Source: Mobula hypostoma (Eukaryota). From it: a stretch of DNA of 64,000 nt. Position 1 is the stretch's first letter; every line of letters starts with the position of its first letter. The stretch is from NCBI RefSeq assembly GCF_963921235.1, contig NC_086108.1:46378001-46442000 (forward strand), in the 5' to 3' direction. Below, piece by piece: positions 1 through 11,649 of this stretch. Under the pieces are notes generated by a model. The model did no database searches, was not told where the DNA came from, and saw nothing but the letters and a program-made list of their open reading frames with translations. The position numbers and the translations under genes were made by a program.

Positions 1-376
1 AGGCAACTACCCTGGTTGCAATGTAATCTGATGCATTCAACATATCAATATATCATTGACTGATAGTTAATTTTCACCCGAGGGGAGAACAAAATTCTGG
101 ATTGTCTATGCTGCTGTTCTTATTAACTGGTGCAAATGACCTGGCACTGTGTGGCAGATCCTACAAATTCTCACACTTATTGAGTGTACAGTTTGGGATT
201 TATGTAGCATTCTTTTCAAAGAGAATCTGAAGGCAGAGAAAGTGTTGGTTTTAAGCAGCACTTGAGCAATCATGTTCTATAGCAATCCATTTAATCTAAT
301 CAACTCATTTAACCTAATGTGCTGCATCCATCCCTGGGAACAAAATAGTAATGGTCTTTCTCTCTTTCTTTTTCAG

Positions 377-404
377 CACAAAGAAAAAAATTCTCACTTT
401 TAAG
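377..404 (+). CDS. Upstream selectin paralogue, first cytoplasmic-tail exon (28 nt, phase 1-2; (A)QRKKFSLL(S))
   Basis: Strong polypyrimidine acceptor tctctttctttttcag and donor AG|gtaaga. Same length and phase as exon 38054-38081 of the downstream selectin. Basic KKF juxtamembrane peptide resembles selectin tails. Confidence 0.7.
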
Positions 405-954
405 GTAAGAATGTAAATAGTTTTAGGAACTGACCTGTCATAACGTTAGTTACATACGTTATTTTCATTGGTATCATCTGTGGCTTTTTGTAACCTCAGA
501 ATGCGATGTTAAGCTTGTAGTTACAGAAGCAGAACATGCAAGCATTTCACATAAAAATAAAAATCATTTCCTGATGCACTGATAAAGCAGCATTCAGTAT
601 GGAACTGAGACTTCTAAACTAAGGAGCTTCTGGCTTCAGTCACTCGTCTGAGCTGTTTAATCTGGAACTATTAGGAACAGCTGGACAAAACTGAGAAAGG
701 AAAATTAGATAGGATTCTAGTATGGTTGGTTCATTTCTGCTCATGGGACCTGCAGGATCTATGAATGGCTGAGTAGTTATGTATGGCCCATATTTTAAAA
801 CTTGCTGGGATAACTTTTCAGTGGTGTTCAGCTATGGGCCAGCACTATAAAAAAAAGGTGGAAAATATACAGTTAACTTAAATCAATTACATCTCAGTAA
901 ATTTAAGAATTCTATTTTAATACTAATGAAACCTTTATTTCCATATTTTTACAG

Positions 955-1006
955 CAATAAAACACATAAAGCATTGGGCACTTACAAAGTGAATGAAGAA
1001 GTATAG
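955..1006 (+). CDS. Upstream selectin paralogue, last coding exon ((S)NKTHKALGTYKVNEEV*), P/E-selectin-like
   Basis: Acceptor tttttacag in frame with 377-404. LGTY resembles the P-selectin tail HLGTYGVF. Stop TAG 1004-1006, donor cag|gtgag after 1022, and a further acceptor at 1189/1190, so the stop lies in the penultimate exon as in SELP/SELE. Confidence 0.65.
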
Positions 1007-1189
1007 TGACAACTCAGTTCAGGTGAGAGACCAGTATTTAACTCATCATCTTTACATATTATTAGTCTTTTCAATATGAACATTAAGGTATTCACTTTGC
1101 CAACATTGTACAGTTTCTAATAAAACAATGGCAATTCTAAAGTTAGTTATATAGGGCAGCTCTAACATCTAATTAATATCTTATTGCAG

Positions 1190-3075
1190 GCTTTTCATAT
1201 CTTTATGCAAAGGATGACCAGAAATGAAGGGATTCAGAAGATGTATTCCAATAGCACCGGATTTGCATATTCAACCATTCGACAAGCTGGTACCATTATG
1301 AATGGGTGTATCTCAGGGCATCATCTTTGACTTCATTCAAACGAGTCTTCCATCTTTCTGAATGATAATGGTGGCAAAATACCAAACTTGCCCTCTATAG
1401 TCTTGTTTTACATGCTTGGCTTCATGGAATTAAGCCTCAAGAGATGGGTACTGGGCAATCTGAAACTGCCACACCTCCAAATCAAGGAGACACAGGCAAC
1501 TCTATGGTTGATCCCAAACTAATTTCAAATTACTGGATTTGCTGCCAAATTTGATTTGGTCCAGCCTTGCATTGCGTGCTATGTAGATTTATATAGCTAC
1601 AATGTTTATGATATGTAATGTTTACAATACTACTGATTTCGATGACAGCATGTTAAATACAAAACCACCGAAGAACAAAGTAATGTACTACTCGTGATAA
1701 TGGATTTGTTTAATGTTTTACAATCAATAGTCCCATAAAGATGGAATTTCATTTGCCTTTTCATTCAGGTTCCCCTATGCCACACATTATTTTCTGCTGC
1801 TGTGAGGAGGCAGCATGTATCTAGGTATTTTCCTAAGCCTTGATATCTAACCTAGAATAATGTCTTCACTTACCTTTTTCTCACACCAAACTCTTACCTA
1901 CTATTTTTTTCCTCGTATGCTCCCAGCCTTTTAAGACTGTGAGCAAATTAATGGCTGACTATTCCAATGGCCCAATCATTGATATATAAAGCCATTTCAT
2001 CAGCTATTAAGTTATGATATCTACCTTCAACATTGTCTCCAAAATAATCAATTATCTTCCTATTAGTTGTGGCCTACCCCAGTTGATGGAAAGATTTACT
2101 AGTAATGATAATTGGTAAAGTACAGAACAAGCTGAATGGAAAGTTATTTAACATTCCTTAACATCAACAGAATTAACAAAGAATAATTCTGTTGGGTCCT
2201 CTCAGGAATCTGTGAAACAGCAGAAGACGATAGAATGTATTGCAATATTCCACAGTTTGTATTCACCCATCTCAGTACAAATTGGATGTATGAATGTATG
2301 CACAATTAATATTTATTTAATTCCTCCCTATGGGATGTGTTTAACCATTACCTGGAGTGTTCTCATCAGATTTATCCAATTGACTAATCAGGTTGACCGC
2401 ACAAATCGGTGAATCACGTTGTGATCTTTTGTTATCCATATAGCTCCATACCTGTGTTACGTTATGATGTTGTCTTGTTAACTTGTAGCAATTTCTCATT
2501 TCCAAATTCATTGCTCAAATGCACTTTGATTGATGAGGTGGTAGGATTTGTCTCAATCCTTCCTTCTAATCTAATGGAAGTATAAAAATTAGGCACAAGT
2601 AATTTAATGTGAAGAAACACTACATATGATCACCTTTTGCTTTATCGTTATTCCTATTGAATTACTTGAATGAAAACAAAATTCATATCATCTTTTTTAG
2701 CTTAATTTCCCACACAGCTTCATAACTTGACTACGGAATTAATAAACAAGCTAGTCTGGGAATCTGATACAGAACAAAAAAATCATCTTAAGTTAACATA
2801 ATATTTATGGTCTATTGTCCCTTGAATGGACTCCATTTGCAGCAGAGTTATCCATCACTACAATAAAAATAACATAAACTAACATAATTTAAATATTGTT
2901 TGAGTTTAGTTATGTAAAAATGAAAAGCTACTGCCCTTTAAAGTTTGTTTAAAAGTGTTTGTACAGACTTAAATCACTATATAAAATGATTGAATAATTT
3001 ATTTGTATATCTAATACTGATCATTTCATATGTTTCCTGATATACACAGAAGTTGTAAATATATTTCCAATAAAA
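1190..3075 (+). other. Probable 3'UTR exon of the upstream selectin
   Basis: Acceptor ttattgcag|1190. AT-rich and free of recognisable repeats, with several ATTTA motifs and AATAAA at about 2741, 2862 and 3068. The end position is uncertain. Confidence 0.4.
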
Positions 3076-3574
3076 TATGTATGCTGTGCGTAAGGTCATT
3101 GTACTGTCAATTGTCTTTTTAGATTGCCATAGAATGTCTTGCAAGCTGGTGTTGGGCAACTATTTAGTGTCTCTGTGAGTGTAACTGGGACCTCAGGGCT
3201 GGGGATGTAGGAAGTGGTAAAGACACTGACATTGGTTTGCTTATCCTTAGGAAGTTGAACGATTTTGTAGAAATAGCATAGATGGCATCTTTGCAGTGCT
3301 GTAGGTGGTGCAGATCTTAGAAGCATGCATGAAACCAGGGATCAAGAGCTTTGCACTTGTCTAAGATCTTGATTCTCAAATAGCCTTTCTCTCAGGTAAT
3401 CAAAGGTTGTACTGGTGTTGCTCCCTTCATTTTCCTTGGAGTTGTCACACAGTGATGATCTTGTTCACAGGACAGAGCCACGCTATGATTTGGGAGGCAG
3501 CACTTAGGCAATTGTAAGGAGGAACTGAGAAGAATTGCAATGATGATTTTCCTGTGACAGACTGCAGGGAGATA

Positions 3575-5765
3575 TCAGAAACATGAGAAAGTCATCCAAA
3601 GCAACACCCACAAAATGTTAGAGGAACTCAGCAGACCAGACAGCATCTCAGACAGTACCAGACTTTTAAGGAGCAGCAGAAGATAACTAAAAAGGCAATA
3701 TGGGGGGAAAAGATGAGGTACAAAGGTAAGCTAGCCAAAAACATAAAGGAGGATAGTAAAAGCTTCTTTAGGTATGTGAAGAGGAAAAAATTAGTTAAGA
3801 CCAAAGTTGGGCCCTTGAAGACAGAAACGGGTGAAATTATTATGGGGAACAAGGAAATGGCAGATGAGCTGAACAGGTACTTTGGATCTGTCTTCACTCG
3901 GGAAGACACAAACAATCTCCCAGATGTAATAGTGGCCAGAGGACCTAGGGTAACAGAGGAACTGAAGGAAATTCGTATCAGGCACAAAATGGTGTTGGGT
4001 AAACTGATCGAACTGAAGGTTGATAAATCCCCGGGGCCTGATGGTCTGCATCCCAGGGTACTTAAGGAGGTGGCTCTAGAAATTGTGGATGCATTGGTAA
4101 TCATTTTCCAATATTCTATAGATTCAGGATCAGTTCCTGCGGATTGGAGGGTAGCTAATGTTATCCCACTTTTTAAGAAAGGAGGGAGAGAGAAAACAGA
4201 CAATTATAGACCAGTTAGTCTGACATCAGTGGTGGGGAAGATGCTGGAATCAATTATAAAAGATGAAATAGTGGCATATTTGGATAGCAATAACAGGATC
4301 GGTCTGAGTCAACATGGATTTACGAAGGGGAAATCATGCTTGACTAATCTTCTGGAATTTTTTGAGAATGTAACTATAGATAAAAATGGACATGCAAAAG
4401 CCAGTGGATGTAGTGTACCTGGACTTTCAGAAAGCCTTTGATAAGGTCCCACATGGGAGATTAGTGGGCAAAATTAGAGCAAATGGTATTGGGGGTAGGA
4501 TACTGACATGGATAGAAAATTGGTTGGCAGACAGGAAACAAAGAGCAGGGATTAACGGGTCCCTTTCAGAATGGCAGGCAGTGACTAGTGGGGTACTGCA
4601 AGGCTCAGTGCTGGGACTGCAGCTATTTACAATATACATTAATGATTTAGATGAAGGGATTAAAAGTAACATTAGCAAATTTGCAGATGACACAAAGCTG
4701 GGTGGCAGTGTGAAATATGAGGAGGATGTTATGAGAATGCAAGATGACTTGGACAGGTTGGATGAGTGGGCAGATGCATGGCAGATGCAGTTTAATGTGG
4801 ATAAATGTGAGGTTATCCACTTTGGTGGCAAGAACAGGAAGGCAAATTACTATCTGAATGGTGTCAAGTTAGGAAAAGGGGAAGTACAACGAGATCTAGG
4901 TGTCCTTGTTCATCAGTCACTGAAAGTAAGCATGCAGGTACAGCAGGCAGTGAAGAAAGTTAATGGTATGCTGGCCTTCATAACAAGGGGAATTGAGTAT
5001 AGGAGCAAGGAGGTCCTTCTGCAGTTGTACAGGGCCCTGGTGAGACCACACCTGGAATATTGTGTACGGTTTTGGTCTCCAAATTTGAGGAAGGACATTC
5101 TAGCTATTGAGGGAGTGTAGCATAGGTTTACGAGGTTAATTCCCGGGATGGAGGGACTGTCATATATTGAAAGATTGGAGCAATTGGGGTTGTAGACACT
5201 GGAATTTAGAAGGATGAGAGGGGATCTGATTGAAACATATAAGATTATTAAGGGATTGGACACGCTAGAGGCAGGAAACATGTTCCCGATGTTGGGGGAG
5301 TCCAGAACCAGAGGCCACAGTTTGAGAATAAGGGGTAGACAATTTAGAAAGGAGTTGAGGAAAATCTTTTTCACACAGGGGGTTGTGGTTCTGTGTAATG
5401 CTCTGCCTCAGAAGGCAGTGGAGGCCAATTCTCTGGAAAAGGGTACTGATTGTGGATGATCAGCCATGATCACAGTGAATGGCGGTGCTGGCTCGAAGGG
5501 CTGAATAGTCTACTCCTGCACCTATTGTCTATCATCTATGGAAAAAGTAAACAGTCGATGTTTCAGGCCAAGACTCTTCACCAGGACTGGAAAGAAAGAG
5601 AAGTCACAGTAATAAGGTGGGGGGGAGGGGAGGAAGAAGTACAAGGTAGTAGATAATAGGTGAAATGGGGGGGTGGAGGTGAAGTAAAGAGCTGGGAAAT
5701 TGATTGGTGAAAGAGATAAAGGGCTGGGGAAGGGAGAATCTGATAGGAGAGGACAGAAGATAGGG
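3575..5765 (-). mobile_element. Penelope-derived short element (pLTR fragment) split by a CR1 insertion (pieces about 3575-3648 and 5533-5765)
   Basis: gaggaactcagcagaccagacagcatct|...|catctatggaaaaagtaaacagtcgatgtttcaggcc matches the pLTR at 8300-8450. Mutated hammerhead motif at about 5552-5590. Confidence 0.65.
3649..5532 (+). mobile_element. 5'-truncated CR1 LINE (ORF2 RT, frameshifted)
   Basis: ORFs 3713-4441 and 4386-5120 carry KSPGPDGLHPRVLKE, YRPVSLTS, YLDFQKAFDKV, GVLQGSVLG and KFADDTK. HE1-type 3' tail. Flanked by a catct duplication (3644-3648 and 5533-5537). Confidence 0.95.
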
Positions 5766-5825
5766 AGATATGTCTGCAGTTAGCTGGAAGCTATACTGTT
5801 TCTAAAGGGAAAGATTAAGTTTAGG

Positions 5826-6522
5826 CAGACATCCCACACTGCAAAAACTCACTTCAGGGAGGTAGCACCATCAATTTGCAGGAGACTCCCCGAACTTCCA
5901 GGAGAGGTAGGATGTTTGCAATAGAGTAGCTCCTTAGCAACTAGTCAGCTAGTTTAAATAACATTAGTTATGCTAATGACCGAATGACACCCGTTAAACT
6001 CACCTCAACATGTCCTTTACAGTCTTAACCCACCATGGGCAATAGAAAAGTCATTGTTGCAAACAGCGCAGCGAGCAACACTGTCATTATTTTGACCCCT
6101 ATTAGGCAGGGATACACTTTAGTGTAGTCTGGGGTGATGTACGTTTCATATTTTCTTTTTTTTGGAACGTTCTGCCAGTCTGACTTTTTTTGGAACTCTC
6201 TTGCTCTCGCTCTCTGTCTCTCTATCGCATGTGCTCTCTCGCTCGTAGTCGCTCTCACTCGCGCTTGCTTTCTCGCTCTCTCTCGCTCTCTCTCTCTCTC
6301 GCACTTGCTTTCTCGTGGTTGCTCTCACTCGCGCTCGCTCTCTCGCGCTCGCTCTCTCGCGCTTGCTTTCTTGCTCTTGCGCTCGCTCTCTCTCACGCGC
6401 TCTCTCATGCTCGCTCTCAAAAAAATCAATTTCCGGGACATTGTATATAATTTGAGGGCATCAGGGAGCCACTATTAATTTGCGGGAGACTCCCAGAACT
6501 TCCAGGAGAGGTGGGATGTCTG
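5826..6522. mobile_element. Non-autonomous TIR DNA transposon (MITE) with internal CT/CG microsatellite, copy 1
   Basis: TIRs CAGACATCCCAC...GTGGGATGTCTG. Flanking direct repeat gtttagg (7 bp). Near-identical copy at 49638-50429. Confidence 0.85.
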
Positions 6523-6579
6523 GTTTAGGTGAAATGCTTCATCTTCATAGTTCTACCAATACAAGTTCAACTTGAATGC

Positions 6580-6810
6580 TGGTGCTCTCTGTGTAAGGTT
6601 CACACATTCTCCCTGTGACTACAGGGGTTTCCTCCGGGTGCTCTGTTTCCCTCCTACATCCCAAAGTGCAGGCTGTTAGTTTAGTGTATTACTCTAATTG
6701 TAGATGTGTGGTAAAACTGGGAGAACAGGTGGGATTGGAGGGAGCATGGGCTACAAGGAAAATTAATGGGGGAAATGGGATTGTTCTGTGAGCCAAACTT
6801 GCTTGGCCTC
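6580..6810 (+). mobile_element. SINE (V-SINE/HE1-like)
   Basis: Core motif ttctccctgtgact...gggtttcctccgggtgctctgtttccctcc...catcccaaag. Confidence 0.7.
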
Positions 6811-7559
6811 CTGCAACGTCAGCAAAGGCAGAAAATATGAGTGCTCCAACAAAAAGTGAACTTCACACAATGAACAGATGGTAGACGGAGAAAGCAAAAG
6901 AGGGTCATAAATGTACTGATTGCCATGACAAGTTTGAGTTTTGCCGCACTGCCAAGCTCATCGATGGCCGAAACACACAAAGTCTCACTGCCTGAGAAGT
7001 ATGAACGCTGGTAAACTCATTCACACTGTTGTCATCTTCATCTGAATAGCAATCATTCACATGATTTGCAAGCTTGACCACTGCTTAGATAGTTAGCTGT
7101 GTGTTACTGTTTTAAACATGTTATTACATTTAATGTCATGTGTATCTAAAGGGAAAATCAGATCTATACTAAAATGGGAATGGCAGTATGATGGCCGCTA
7201 GGAGGGAGGCCATTTGATTGGGGGAAAGCTATTTTTGTACAAAAAATGGTTGGAGCCTGGAACGGATTGATAGAGGCGATGTGGAGATAGATGCAATTGT
7301 AATATTCAGGATAAAGACCTGAAAGATACAGGATAAAGGTATTTCAAATCTGTACCAACTGTGTGTAAAAGCAACGAGGAGAGTGCCATCTCCCTACCCT
7401 ATCCCCAGAATCCTGAAAATTCTTACCTTCCATATACTTATCGTGCTCCCTTATGAATATCACAATTGAACCCATTTGTGCATCACCCCTGGCATTCCAT
7501 TCCGTGTGGTCTCCTCATGTAACTCCTGGTTCCCTTGCCAACCACCCTTATTCTTTCAG

Positions 7560-7795
7560 CAATACAACACGGAGAAGGCCCTTCTGTCCCTTCGAGCCAT
7601 GCCTCCCCAACACCCCTTCCCCACCCCCACCGGTCAAACCTGGTACACCTTTGGACTGTGGGAGGAAACATAAGGACAGCCACACATTCCACAGAGAGGA
7701 TGTACAGTGTTTCCTTACAGAGCAGCACCGGATTTGAACTCTGAACTCCAGAATTCTGGAGCTGTAATAGTGTTGTGTTAACGCTGTGCTACTGT
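7560..7795 (-). mobile_element. tRNA-derived SINE
   Basis: Reverse-strand SINE core (tttggactgtgggaggaaac, ggatttgaactc box-B-like) and CR1-like tail. Confidence 0.6.
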
Positions 7796-7854
7796 TGCAT
7801 CATTGCTGTCTGTTATCAATGCCTTTCATGATCTTAAAGATCTTGATTAGATCC

Positions 7855-8218
7855 CATGAGTGCTGGGGTGGAGACACATCATTTTCAAAGGAGGATTAAG
7901 ATGCTCCTTCTCTCTATTTGCCTGCAGGTCACCCTTGGGCAAGTGGTAGCACCGTCTTAGACCCCTGATCGGAGTCATGTGAAGCCATGGGAACAAGTGG
8001 TGGATGGTCATATGAACAGCTGGTGCAAATCACAAGCCCTGGTTATGTGACCACTGACACCAGGCAGACAATCCCTAAAGAGTATTGATAATGGCTGGGG
8101 TAACCAATCTTGCCCAGAAGAAGGCAATGACAAACCACTTCTGTAGAAAAACTTGCCAAGAATGATCATGATCGTAGGTAACACCATGATCAGCCACATC
8201 ATAAAGATAATGATGATT
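7855..8218 (+). mobile_element. RTE-related non-autonomous element/SINE
   Basis: 3' part gaagaaggcaatgacaaaccacttctgtag...cttgccaagaa resembles the RTE/BovA motif. Ends in a short (gat)n tail. Confidence 0.5.
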
Positions 8219-8299
8219 AGATCCCAGATGCTTGTTTCAACAATAAAACAAAACTCACCTGTCTGTCCACATAACTAATCCAAATCCCTATATTCTATG

Positions 8300-11071
8300 T
8301 AAACACGAGGAATTCTGCAGATGCTGGAAATTCAAGCAACACACATAAAAGTTGCTGGTGAACGCAGCAGGCCAGGCAGCATCTCTAGGAAGAGGTACAG
8401 TCGACGTTTCAGGCCGAGACTCTTCGTCAGGACTAACTGAAGGAAGAGCTAGTAAGAGATTTGAAAGTGGGAGGGGGAGGGGGAGATCCAAAATGATAGG
8501 AGAAGACAGGAGGGGGAGGGATGGAGCCAAGAGCTGGACAGGTGATTGGCAAAAGGGATATGAGAGGATCATGGGACAGGAGGCCCAGGGAGAAGGAGAT
8601 GGGGGAGGGGAGGGAAAACCCAGAGGATGGGCAAGGGGTATAGTCAGAGGGACAGAGGGAGAAAAAGGAGAGAGAGAGAGAGAAAGAATGTGTGTATATA
8701 AATAAATAACAGATGGGGTACGAGGGGGAGGTGGGGCATTAGCGGAAGTTAGAGAAGTCAATGTTCATGCCATCAGGTTGGAGGCTACCCAGACGGAATA
8801 TAAGATGTTGTTCCTCCAACTTGAGTGTGGCTTCATCTTTACAGTAGAGGAGGCCGTGGATAGACATATCAGAATGGGAATGGGATATGGAATTAAAATG
8901 TGTGGCCACTGGGAGATCCTGCTTTCTCTGGCGGACAGAGCGTAGGCGTACAGCAAAATGATCTCCCAGTCTGCACTGGGTCTCGCCAATATATAGAAGG
9001 CCACATCGGGAGCACCAGACGCAGTATATCTCCCCAGCCGACTCACAGGTGAAGTGTCACCTCACCTGGAAGTACTGTCTGGAGCCCTGAATGGTGGTAA
9101 GGGAGGAAGTGTAAGGGCATGTGTAGCACTTGTTCCGCTTACAAGGATAAGTGACAGGAGGAAGATCAGTGGGGAGGGATGGGGGGGACGAATGGACAAG
9201 GGAGTCGTGTAGGGAGCAATCCCTGCGGAATGCGGGGGGGGGGGAGGGAAAGATGTGCTTAGTGGTGGGATCCCGTTGGAGGTGGCAGAAGTTACGGAGA
9301 ATAATATGTTGGACCCAGAGGCTGGTGGGGTGGTAGGTGAGGACCAGGGGAACCCTATTCCTAGTGGGGTGACGGGAGGATGGAGTGAGAGCAGATGTGC
9401 ATGAAATGGGAGAGATGCGTTTGAGAGCAGAGTTGATGGTGGAGGAAGGGAAGCCCCTTTCTTTAAAAAAGGAAAACATCTCCCTCATCCTGGAATGAAA
9501 AGCCTCATCCTGAGAGCAGATGCGGCGGAGATGGAGGAATTGCGAGAAGGGATGGCATTTTTGCAAGAGACAGGGTGAGAAGAGGAATAGTCCAGATAGC
9601 TGTGAGAGTCAGTAGGCTGATAGTAGACATCAGTGGATAAGCTGTTTCCAGAGATAGAGACAGAAAGATCTAGAAAGGGGAGGGAGGTGTTGGAAATGGA
9701 CCAGGTAAACTTGAGGGCAGGGTGAAAGTTGGAGGCAAAGTTAATGAAGTCAACGAGCTCAGCATGCGTGCAGGAAGCAGCGCCAATGCAGTCGTCAATG
9801 TAGTGAAGGAAGAGTGGGGGACAGATACCAGAATAGGTTTGGAACATAGATCGTTCCACAAAGCCAACAAAAAGGCAGGCGTAGCTAGGACCCATACGGG
9901 TGCCCATAGCTACACGTTTAGTTTGGAGGAAGTGGGAGGAGTCAAAGGAAAAATGGTTAAGAGTAAGGACTAATTCCGCTAGACGGAGCAGAGAGGTGGT
10001 AGAGAGGAACTGATTAGATCTGGAATCCAAAAAGAAGCAGAGAGCTTTGAGACCTTCCCGATAGGGGATGGAAATATATAAGGACCGGACATCCATGGTA
10101 AAAAAACAAGGCGGTGGGGGCCAGGGAACTTAAAATCATTGAAAAGTTTAAGAGCGTGAGAAGTGTCACGAACATAGGTAGGAAGGGATTGAACAAGGGG
10201 GATAAAACCGTGTCGGGGTATGCAGAAACGAGTTCGGTGGGGCAGGAGCAAGCTGAGACAATAGGTCTGCCAGGACAGGCAGGTTTGTGGATCTTGGGTA
10301 GGAGGTAGAAACGGGAAGTGCGAGGTTTGGGAACTATAAGATTGGTAGCAGTGGATGGGAGATCCCCTGAGCAGATAAAGTCGGTGATGGTGTGGGAGAC
10401 GATGGCCTGGTGCTCCTTAGTGGGGTCACGATCGAGGGGTAAATAAGAGGAGGTATCCGCGAGTTGTCGCTGTGTTTCGGCAAGGTAGAGGTCAGCAGGA
10501 TCTCCCAGTGGCCACACATTTTAATTCCACATCCCATTCCCATTCTGATATGTCTATCCACGGCCTCCTCTACTGTAAAGATGAAGCCACACTCAGGTTG
10601 GAGGAACAACACCTTATATCCCATCTGGGTAGACTCCAACCTGATGGCATTAACATTGACTTCTCTAACTTCCGCTAATGCCCCACCTCCCCCTCGTACC
10701 CCATCCGTTATTTATTTATATACACATATTCTTTCTCTCTCTCCTTTTTCTCCTTCTGTCCCTCTCACTATACCCCTTGCCCATCCTCTGGGTTTTCCCC
10801 CCCTCCCCCTTTTCCTTCTCCCTGGGCCTCCTTTCCCATGATCCTCTCATATCCCTTTTGCCAATCACCTGTCCAGCTCTTGGCTCCATCCCTCCCCCTC
10901 CTGTCTTCTCCTATCATTTCGGATCTCCCCCTCCCCCTCCCCCTCTCAAATCTCTTACTAGCTCTTCCTTCATTTAGTCGTGATGAAGTGTCTCGGCCTG
11001 AAATGTCGACTGTACCTCTTCCTAGAGATGCTGCCTGGCCTGTTGCATTCACCAGCAACTTTGATGTATGT
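8300..11071 (-). mobile_element. Penelope-like retroelement (RT + GIY-YIG, frameshifted) with inverted pseudo-LTRs and a 15-bp TSD
   Basis: Minus-strand ORFs carry FYLLPKIHK..GRPIVS, MDVRSLY, AMGTRMGPSYA, YIDD and LLYIGET (GIY-YIG). Arms about 8338-8923 and 10494-11072 are inverted repeats. TSD tccctatattctatg at 8285-8299 and 11072-11086. Confidence 0.95.
8398..8435 (-). ncRNA. Minimal type-I hammerhead ribozyme motif in the Penelope pLTR
   Basis: Minus strand reads TAGTC-CTGACGA-AGAGTCTCGGCCT-GAAA-CGTC^GACTG: intact CUGANGA/GAAA core, stem I TAGTC/GACTG, palindromic ACGU helix III and GUC cleavage triplet. Confidence 0.7.
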
Positions 11072-11086
11072 TCCCTATATTCTATG

Positions 11087-11640
11087 GACATTTAGACAAG
11101 TACGTAACAGGCAAGGCACGGAGGATACGGACCTACTGCAGGTATATGAGATGACATGTAAACGGGCAGAAAACCTGTTTCAGTCCTTGATATCGCCATG
11201 ATTCTGAGGCATAGAGTTAAACAGCACAGAAACAGACCCTACAGCCCAACTCATCCAAGCCTATCAACTCACTTCCCTGAACTAGTCCTACTTGCTTACA
11301 TTTGTCCCATATCCCTCTAAACCTTTCCTATCTGTCCAAATGTCTTTTACACACTGCAGTTGTACTCACTTCTACATCTTCCTCTAGCATATGGCTCATT
11401 CCACATACCCACCACTCACTGTGTGAAGAAGTTACCCCTCAGGTCTCCTTTCAGTGCCTCCCCTCTCACATTAAACCAATGCACTTTTGTTTTAGACTCA
11501 CCTACACTGAGAAAAAGACTGTGACATTCACTTTATCTTTGATTTTATGACTTTATCACATGATTTTATGTACTTCTATAAGCTCAGCCCTCTAGGAATG
11601 AAAGCCCCAACCTATGCAGTCGTTCTTTATAACATGCCTA
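11087..11640. mobile_element. Degraded CR1 3' fragments (both orientations)
   Basis: Typical CR1 3' motifs (ttagacaagtac..., ccacatacccaccactcactgtgtgaagaagttacccctcagg). Confidence 0.6.
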
Positions 11641-11649
11641 CCTGAGCCA

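Noticed and set aside
3713..5120. Reverse transcriptase ORFs as host genes or retron/DGR-like systems
   Set aside because: The motifs, 3' tails, truncations and frameshifts identify ordinary CR1, Rex1 and Penelope retroelements.
6025..6478. Arg/Glu- and Leu/Ser-rich ORFs (also 49905-50467)
   Set aside because: These are translations of the CT/CG microsatellite inside the MITE.
8288..8761. Pro/Ser-rich or Gly/Arg-rich ORFs (also 10464-11095, 54947-55496, 59028-59459)
   Set aside because: These come from the purine/pyrimidine-skewed pLTR sequence of Penelope elements.
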